In this document: one piece after another, positions 58,088 to 64,000 of the stretch
Position numbering within the stretch: the first letter of the stretch is position 1
How the letters are laid out: each line of letters opens with the position of its first letter
From: a virus
Lineage: Duplodnaviria; Heunggongvirae; Uroviricota; Caudoviricetes
Virus record (IMG/VR): IMGVR_UViG_3300035670_000017
Location: 850 to 64,849 of that record
Reading direction: 5' to 3' (one strand)
DNA: 64,000 nucleotides
The notes under the pieces: generated by a model
Seen by the model: only the letters and a program-made list of their open reading frames with translations
Told to the model about the DNA's origin: nothing
Database searches by the model: none
Position numbers and translations under genes: made by a program

Positions 58088-58333
58088 TTGTACATGTATA
58101 TCAATTTGAATAACCCGGAGGTAGCAGGATTTTATCACGTCACTCAGATGGTGGTGTTTTGCGTGATGTCGATGCTGGCATTTATTGGCTTGACACATTT
58201 TGAAGCTTGGCCGACTTGGTTCAAGCATGTGCGCAACGCCCTGGTGTCTTTGTTGACCGGAGCATTCGCTTCGACCTTTTTGTCTGTTGTGGTTGGCCTG
58301 GCTAACTACATCTTCCCTTATTTTAGCAAATGA
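58088..58333 (+). CDS. Small two-TM membrane protein
   Basis: 81 aa, GGAG SD, two hydrophobic helices. Confidence 0.65.
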   Translation: MYMYINLNNPEVAGFYHVTQMVVFCVMSMLAFIGLTHFEAWPTWFKHVRNALVSLLTGAFASTFLSVVVGLANYIFPYFSK

Positions 58334-58854
58334 CATTCAAGACTTCGATTACATTGGTAGCAGCGATCACAAGCGATCGCGGCTTAGGTAAAGATGGACA
58401 ACTCCTGGTGGATTGTCCTGAGGATATGCGACACTTTCGTCAGGTTACCAAAAACGGTATCGTGATCATGGGTCGAAAGACCTGGGAGAGTTTACCTGAA
58501 CGATTCCGTCCGTTACCTGGCCGGGCAAACATCGTGATCACTTCTTCCAAGGATCAGTCCGAATTCCCTGGCGCTTACCTGGCTGAGTCGATCGACAAAG
58601 CCAAGGAAAAAGCCCAACTGCTGAGCTATTGCACAGGACAGGAAGTGTTTGTGATCGGAGGCGGTACTGTGTATGAAGGTTTCAAAGACCACATCACACA
58701 CGCCATCATCACGGAGTACAGCTGGACTGTCCCTAGTGACACGAAGCTGTTTGAATTGGATAATACCTGGAAAAGGGATATGTCCAAATCCAGAAGCATC
58801 GTCACTGATGAAAAGACCATCAACTTCAATTACTACTATCGACTGAAAGCCTGA
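58330..58854 (+). CDS. folA: Dihydrofolate reductase
   Basis: LVAAITSDRGLG, DMRHFR, IMGRKTWESLP, PLPGRANIVIT, VIGGGTVY. Confidence 0.97.
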   Translation: MTFKTSITLVAAITSDRGLGKDGQLLVDCPEDMRHFRQVTKNGIVIMGRKTWESLPERFRPLPGRANIVITSSKDQSEFPGAYLAESIDKAKEKAQLLSYCTGQEVFVIGGGTVYEGFKDHITHAIITEYSWTVPSDTKLFELDNTWKRDMSKSRSIVTDEKTINFNYYYRLKA

Positions 58855-58856
58855 AA

Positions 58857-59459
58857 ATGTTCATTCTTGTTCCTGGTGTATTCATGTGCTTGGTTCTAGC
58901 CGTGTACAACTTTCTCGGACACGAAGATATCAACCTTCGAGCCCTGGTGCATTATTACTTCTCAGCGGCCTTGACGTTCACTACGCTGTACATCCTGGCT
59001 ACGGTGAGACAGAAGATGATCGCTCATCACGGCATCAAACTGCTGGATAAGTCTGAGTGTTGGAACTTCTTGTTCAAAGACCATGTATTCTGGGGTAAGT
59101 TAATCATCTTGCAATCTCTGGGTTGTTTGTTCTATACCAGTATCTTCTTGATCGATATCATTCATCAGCCTTTCAACGCGATGGCGGTGATGTCGATCGC
59201 GATGAGTATTGGGGTAGCGCTATTTACAATCGGGTACGCGATCTCGTTTATTCAGAATAACAGCATTTTGGATTTCCTCGATCGCGGTATCGTGAGACTT
59301 GTGTTCTATGGATCATTTATCGTTCTCGCAGCAAGTGCAGGTCTGAGTCCCTTGACTGGACTTCATGTCGTGATCGTTACTAGTTTCATGGTCTTTATTT
59401 GGATGGTGTCAGTGATCTCGAAACGTATGGTCGCAGAAGTATTCCGAGGCTTCACCTAG
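58857..59459 (+). CDS. Multi-pass (about 6 TM) membrane protein
   Basis: 200 aa, mostly hydrophobic. Confidence 0.75.
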   Translation: MFILVPGVFMCLVLAVYNFLGHEDINLRALVHYYFSAALTFTTLYILATVRQKMIAHHGIKLLDKSECWNFLFKDHVFWGKLIILQSLGCLFYTSIFLIDIIHQPFNAMAVMSIAMSIGVALFTIGYAISFIQNNSILDFLDRGIVRLVFYGSFIVLAASAGLSPLTGLHVVIVTSFMVFIWMVSVISKRMVAEVFRGFT

Positions 59460-59461
59460 GA

Positions 59462-59494
59462 CTATCCACTATCCCTTTGCAGGGATAGTGGATA
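59462..59494 (+). terminator. Hairpin terminator
   Basis: TATCCACTATCCCT/AGGGATAGTGGATA stem. Confidence 0.75.
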
Positions 59495-59499
59495 TACCC

Positions 59500-59534
59500 T
59501 TTGTAAAAGTTTCAGCTCCTATATACTTAACATG
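59500..59534 (+). promoter_or_regulatory. Early-type promoter, copy 8
   Basis: TTTGTA-N16-TATACT-TAAC-ATG. Confidence 0.8.
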
Positions 59535-59560
59535 TAGGAAACCCTTATAGAAATTAATCT

Positions 59561-59854
59561 ATGGTTGATGAATCCAAAACCCTTCGCAAGATCGAACCGT
59601 TTTACAACGAAGAACGTGTCCGAGTGTGCGTGGTGCATCACTTAGGTGTTCACCAGGAAGCTCTCCTGATCGAGCGCTTCAATGATCAATTGCTGGTAGT
59701 GGCTGTGGTAAAGGTCAATGATCGATACCATGTTTACAACTACTATCCAGGGCGCACTGAGTTGGCTAAGACTTCCACTTACCCGATCTCTGTTGCCACG
59801 CCTGAAAGTTTGGCCAAGGACAGCATGAGTTCTCTCAAGCGTCTGTACGACTGA
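59561..59854 (+). CDS. Hypothetical protein co-transcribed with phuZ
   Basis: 97 aa between the promoter and phuZ. Confidence 0.65.
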   Translation: MVDESKTLRKIEPFYNEERVRVCVVHHLGVHQEALLIERFNDQLLVVAVVKVNDRYHVYNYYPGRTELAKTSTYPISVATPESLAKDSMSSLKRLYD

Positions 59855-59918
59855 TCCCTTTTCACCCTTTTCCGGCAAGCGTCGGAATTTTCACCCTCCT
59901 CAACAATAGGAAAACAAC

Positions 59919-60911
59919 ATGACAATCGCAATCCCTCAAGACCGTCCCCTGATCGCCATCTACTTCTGCGGCGGTACTGGTTTTAACAACGGCGCCCGTT
60001 TCCTGGAAGCCACCAAGGACAACCAGATCCTGAAGGAAACCACCCAGACCTACTTCGTGGATGCATCGACAAGCAACCACCGTCCATTCAACACAGACGA
60101 GAACACCATGGTTGTGGGCTCGGGCCAAGGCTCTGGCGCGCACCGTGCTGAAAATGCCGAAGACATCCGCAACGAAGTTCCTCAAATTCTGAAGAACTTC
60201 AAGCCAGGCGTCTTCAACATCCTGGTGGGTTCGGCCTCTGGTGGTTCTGGTTCTGTCATCATCAACGAACTGCAACGTGCGTTGGTCATGCGTGACATCA
60301 ATGTGGCTGCTGTGATGTCGGGCTCTCGCTCGACACGCACCAACATCGAGAACATGAACAAGCTGTTCCAGTCGTTCGGCCTGGTGACCAAGAAGTACCA
60401 AAAGCCTTCTTTGATCAACCTGCGTGTCCAAGAACACGGCGAGACCCGTGAAAAGGTCGACGCCATGATCTTGAACAACCTGCTGCTGCTGACTCTGTTC
60501 TTGTCGGGCCGTGACGACAAGCTGGACATCACTGACCTGACCCACTTGTTCAACTACCCCAAGGTCACAGGCTTTGCTCCTGCTGTGGCTTCCCTGGATC
60601 TGTTCATCAATGAACTGAAGCTGGACAAGAATGAAACACTGTACGCAGTCGGCACCATCGCTCGTCCTGGTACTGTGACAGACATCACGCCTGTGCCTCA
60701 GTACCAACCAGTAGGCTTCATCCATGAAGACCTCAGTGGCATCTTTGATGAGATCTCGGTGCTGCACTGGGCCATCACTGGTAACAGCTTTGACCGCCTG
60801 GTCAAGGAACTGGAGACCGCAGTGGCTGGCTTCAAGGAAGAGTCGACCGCACACCGCGCCAGCACTCTGCTGGAGACTGTGCCTGATACTGACGACGACA
60901 TCGTGGTCTAA
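59919..60911 (+). CDS. phuZ: PhuZ phage tubulin
   Basis: CGGTG, GSGQGSG and GSASGGSGS tubulin/FtsZ GTPase motifs; acidic-hydrophobic tail DTDDDIVV; 330 aa. Confidence 0.95.
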   Translation: MTIAIPQDRPLIAIYFCGGTGFNNGARFLEATKDNQILKETTQTYFVDASTSNHRPFNTDENTMVVGSGQGSGAHRAENAEDIRNEVPQILKNFKPGVFNILVGSASGGSGSVIINELQRALVMRDINVAAVMSGSRSTRTNIENMNKLFQSFGLVTKKYQKPSLINLRVQEHGETREKVDAMILNNLLLLTLFLSGRDDKLDITDLTHLFNYPKVTGFAPAVASLDLFINELKLDKNETLYAVGTIARPGTVTDITPVPQYQPVGFIHEDLSGIFDEISVLHWAITGNSFDRLVKELETAVAGFKEESTAHRASTLLETVPDTDDDIVV

Positions 60912-60922
60912 TAAATAACACC

Positions 60923-60952
60923 CTACCTAGGCTCCGCAAGGAGCCTAGGTAG
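60923..60952 (+). terminator. Rho-independent terminator, CTACCTAGG family
   Basis: CTACCTAGGCTCC-GCAA-GGAGCCTAGGTAG followed by a T tract. Confidence 0.85.
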
Positions 60953-61012
60953 TAAGTGTTTATTTTTTGTTTTTAACTGTAAATAGATTTCTAAAGACCT
61001 GAAACTATGCCT

Positions 61013-61047
61013 TTTCTAGCCATTTACAAGGACATATACTTAACTTG
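61013..61047 (+). promoter_or_regulatory. Early-type promoter, copy 9
   Basis: TTTCTA-N16-TATACT-TAAC-TTG. Confidence 0.8.
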
Positions 61048-61140
61048 TACAGATACGAAATGTGTCGTAAAATACGACTAAGTCGACTCATCCAGTGTCT
61101 ATATGAATAGGGTATGACTGCCCGTATTGGAGGAATAGTC

Positions 61141-61860
61141 ATGATTAAGGATTTTGAAAATCGAGCGCAAATGTATGCGTATGTGGAAAATCGGATCGTC
61201 GTAGATCTGGACCGGTACGCTAAAACATTGATGCGTATCGGTGACATCTTTCAACCAGACCCAGTAGGAATATATAACGCAAACACAGGAGAGTGCATTG
61301 TTGATTTTGGTAAGGGCTACTACTGGACATCAAGCAATAGTCGCCGCAGAGCGCCGGTGCGCCATTATGTAACTGATTATGACAGCTTTGTCAACGCCGG
61401 TGGCGATATCTATAACCATCAAGGGTTCGTCACTATTCGGCATCAGAACATCAAGCGCGTGCCTTTGTCCGATGATCGACCAGTATTCTTTAAGGCAAGA
61501 TACGCAGCATGTGGTTTAGTGGACAATGTTCTCAGGGAGTATCATGACCACTATCTCTCAGCCAAGAATATCCCAGCGTGGGAGGATCTTGTCAATCTCG
61601 ACTATATCAATGAGTCTACCCGAGTCTCCGAACAGATCGAGACACTGAAGACTGCTATCTGTGCAGACTATCGAGAACTGCTCGAAAAGTGCATGTGGAA
61701 GGAACTCTTGCTTTCCATGCGAGGTGGAGTCGCCGTGGTCGATGTGTTGCTGGATATTCGAATCAAAGATTACTACGAACGCAAGTTCGACGAAATGGAT
61801 GCAGAACAACGCCGAAAAGACGAAGATGAATATGAGGGTCGAACCATCCACTGTACATAA
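61141..61860 (+). CDS. Conserved hypothetical protein downstream of phuZ
   Basis: GGAGG SD before ATG 61141. Confidence 0.8.
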   Translation: MIKDFENRAQMYAYVENRIVVDLDRYAKTLMRIGDIFQPDPVGIYNANTGECIVDFGKGYYWTSSNSRRRAPVRHYVTDYDSFVNAGGDIYNHQGFVTIRHQNIKRVPLSDDRPVFFKARYAACGLVDNVLREYHDHYLSAKNIPAWEDLVNLDYINESTRVSEQIETLKTAICADYRELLEKCMWKELLLSMRGGVAVVDVLLDIRIKDYYERKFDEMDAEQRRKDEDEYEGRTIHCT

Positions 61861-62350
61861 GTACGACTTCCTTCCTGATACAGGTGTGATTATAGATGTG
61901 TCCGCAGTCTTCGCATACATCTATGACAACCCGTCGTTAAGGGCAGTTGCTAGTTTTACAGGAATTCATGACTTTCTCAGCAACATGTGCTGGGACGCCT
62001 CATTGGGCAGACAGTCTAGTACATGGGAGTATATTGAATCCATCGAGTACCGTCTGATGGAAGAAGATATCAACGCTCAGCCTTTGCTCGACTCCATCGG
62101 TGTCGAACCCCATGAACTGGCTGCTGCCATGAGAGGATTAGAAGACTATATTGAAAAGGACCTATTTCGCTGCTTAGATCAAAGGACACACAATGAGTTT
62201 GTTAACCGAGGCTTTTGTATCGGGAAATGGATCTCGCAGACCCAGGCGGTATTCGAAAGTATCTCTGGGCAAGACGTCCCATATACTGACAAAAGAGCTG
62301 AATTCCGCCGCCGTACCTTTGCGGACATGGGGGATGCTCCTAGATTTTAA
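61832..62350 (+). CDS. Hypothetical acidic protein, post-phuZ paralog array
   Basis: Part of ORF 61661..62350; start uncertain (61826 or 61832); C-terminal KWISQTQAVF. Confidence 0.7.
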   Translation: MRVEPSTVHKYDFLPDTGVIIDVSAVFAYIYDNPSLRAVASFTGIHDFLSNMCWDASLGRQSSTWEYIESIEYRLMEEDINAQPLLDSIGVEPHELAAAMRGLEDYIEKDLFRCLDQRTHNEFVNRGFCIGKWISQTQAVFESISGQDVPYTDKRAEFRRRTFADMGDAPRF

Positions 62351-62681
62351 GGACATACTCAGCTTATGTGAGCCAGGGCCCCAGCTGCATGACCTATACA
62401 TGCATCTGGAGCCTAAGAAAGTTGTTAGCTCTTTGATCGTATCTCCTGATGCGTTTGAGGCTTATGACATTTACGACTATATCTATGAGAACTACCTCGG
62501 CTATGCCAGCCCACAGCAGTTGGATATAGTGACAGATCACATCGATCATTTGTACAAAGCCATTCACGAAAAAATCAACAGACACATCCAGATAAGACAT
62601 GCTAACGACACATATATTCTCCATCGCTGGGTCACACCAACGACAGCGCTTATCGGGGGCGCCACGCGGACCGATACCTAA
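62334..62681 (+). CDS. Hypothetical acidic protein, post-phuZ paralog array
   Basis: MLLDFKD...RWVTPTTALI. Confidence 0.7.
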   Translation: MLLDFKDILSLCEPGPQLHDLYMHLEPKKVVSSLIVSPDAFEAYDIYDYIYENYLGYASPQQLDIVTDHIDHLYKAIHEKINRHIQIRHANDTYILHRWVTPTTALIGGATRTDT

Positions 62682-62691
62682 GCCCAACTCC

Positions 62692-63117
62692 ATGCTGATG
62701 CTGGTAGATATGTCGCCGATCATTAAGCGACTTCGCGATAATGAGCACCTACGTACAGCTGCGTTACATACGAGTCCACATTACATCATCGAGGGACTTC
62801 TGGAGGAACCCATGGGACCACGCGAGTGCCCCTTGGTATTTCCTTATATCCAGCAAGTTCTGGAAGAAGCTCCTCCGGTCAGTCCTGTTGTATTGGGACG
62901 AGACTATTTTGTTCAACCGGTCATCGATGCTGATTTCCTAGCAGAGTTAGAGATCGAGCTAGAAAAACTTCAGCTGTATATGGATATGTATCTTCAGAGC
63001 TTTCATGAAGAGATGACTCAGGGACAAACCATAGAAGCTGAACTGATTAAATGGCTAGGAGCGTACCAAGCGCTTATCGCTGTGCGTGTAGATGGAGCAT
63101 CGAGGTATGACGTCTAG
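62692..63117 (+). CDS. Hypothetical acidic protein, post-phuZ paralog array
   Basis: MLMLVDMS...KWLGAYQALI; start uncertain. Confidence 0.7.
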   Translation: MLMLVDMSPIIKRLRDNEHLRTAALHTSPHYIIEGLLEEPMGPRECPLVFPYIQQVLEEAPPVSPVVLGRDYFVQPVIDADFLAELEIELEKLQLYMDMYLQSFHEEMTQGQTIEAELIKWLGAYQALIAVRVDGASRYDV

Positions 63118-63523
63118 TGCTATCATCGAACTACCATCGAGTCTGTTCGTGTGTCCGTTCATTTGCACGACGGAGTATGACGACGGGCTGACGGGCATCA
63201 GTGCCTTATACAGCGATATTCAACTGGCGTTCAGCTTCACGGATACGATGGAGTTTATGGTAGCTGCACAAGCTATCAGAAATAGTCTTCATCGTAAATA
63301 CTCAGCTGATCTCAGGCTTAACTCCTATCTGGAGAAACTGGTAACAAAAGCAATACAGGACCAGTACTATGGAGATGAGATGGCTATTTGGCTACTTAAA
63401 CTTCATACCAGGGTAGGCTATGGCAAGAATTTATTCCAACCGGGTGTGTTCTTGCTACTCAACGAGGACTATTCCTCAACAGGAGCAACAATTGTCCCAC
63501 GACCAACACGATCCTTACTATGA
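63107..63523 (+). CDS. Hypothetical protein, post-phuZ array
   Basis: GGAG/GAGG SD before ATG 63107. Confidence 0.7.
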   Translation: MTSSAIIELPSSLFVCPFICTTEYDDGLTGISALYSDIQLAFSFTDTMEFMVAAQAIRNSLHRKYSADLRLNSYLEKLVTKAIQDQYYGDEMAIWLLKLHTRVGYGKNLFQPGVFLLLNEDYSSTGATIVPRPTRSLL

Positions 63524-64000
63524 CTCGGTGCGCAATGAGCGCAAGCTCGCTGACCGGGTCATGCTTTCTTTGGATGGGTACGACGCTGGATTCTCTAGGA
63601 GAGTCTCGGATATCTTTGAGATCGATCTATGGCTAGAGCGTGATCGCTCTCCCATGATTCGCGGGTGGATATCACAAGCCATCCGTGACATCGTCGACCT
63701 GTATTCGATTGGCCCTGGCTCCATGCTGGCTAATTTGAATCTAGGTCCAGATCTTACAAGCGAGCCCGATACTCCGAACGAGTACCGCTATTATCCAGGA
63801 CTGTCGTCATTCAGTGGAGACCAAATAGATGAATTCAGCTTAGCCTACAAGGCTCTGTCTGCGAATATCTACAACTGTCTGACCCGTAGACTGCAACCGT
63901 ACATCGATGAAGCCTTTGAATTAGGGTATCAGGATATCGCTTGCTCAGTCTTCAGGTACCTACCTGGAGTGATCGTCTTGAATGTACGAGCGATCTCCCC
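63492..64000 (+). CDS. Hypothetical protein, partial (runs off the window)
   Basis: Translated by hand: AGGAG SD, TTG start, frame open to the window end (MSHDQHDPYYDSVRNERKLADRVMLSLD...FRYLPGVIVLNV). Confidence 0.7.
   Translation, partial: MSHDQHDPYYDSVRNERKLADRVMLSLDGYDAGFSRRVSDIFEIDLWLERDRSPMIRGWISQAIRDIVDLYSIGPGSMLANLNLGPDLTSEPDTPNEYRYYPGLSSFSGDQIDEFSLAYKALSANIYNCLTRRLQPYIDEAFELGYQDIACSVFRYLPGVIVLNVRAIS

Noticed and set aside
58088-58333. Two-TM protein as a holin for the SLT enzyme
   Set aside because: The SLT has its own signal peptide, the gene is five ORFs away and coupled to DHFR, and there is no charged C-terminal tail or dual-start motif.
1-64000. tRNA genes, introns, inteins, reverse transcriptase/DGR/retron, stop-codon reassignment
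   Set aside because: No cloverleaf or T-loop signature noticed in intergenic gaps; core genes are full length and uninterrupted in the standard code; no YADD-type motif seen. This was an eye scan, so tRNAscan and Infernal should confirm.

Overview
This window is a 64-kb segment of a phiKZ-like jumbo phage (Chimalliviridae; probably nucleus-forming, although chimallin itself is not in the window). All calls come from motif recognition and recalled gene order; no database search was run. Core genes: RNase H, UvsX/RecA, four virion RNA polymerase subunits (betaN, betaC, beta-primeN, beta-primeC), prohead protease, a 2414-aa tape-measure/peptidoglycan hydrolase, tail sheath and tube, three baseplate/virion genes, terminase large subunit, DHFR and the tubulin PhuZ. 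Between them lie accessory cassettes, most opened by a terminator hairpin followed by a bipartite early-type promoter (TTTNTA-N16-TATACT-YNAM-WTG; nine copies, all on the + strand). The most notable observations: (1) an internal, catalytically intact-looking Peptidase S74 self-cleaving chaperone domain inside the tape measure, which also carries an M15 peptidase and an SLT domain; (2) a signal-peptide-bearing lytic transglycosylase behind an early-type promoter, with a pseudoknot in its leader; (3) a 118-bp MITE-like element with 14-bp terminal inverted repeats and TAA flanks in front of a Cx5R phosphatase-like gene; (4) an ADP-ribosyltransferase-like gene and a degenerate NADAR-like gene; (5) several internal or tandem duplications, including a paralog array after phuZ. 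I recognised no tRNA, CRISPR array, intron, intein or reverse transcriptase.
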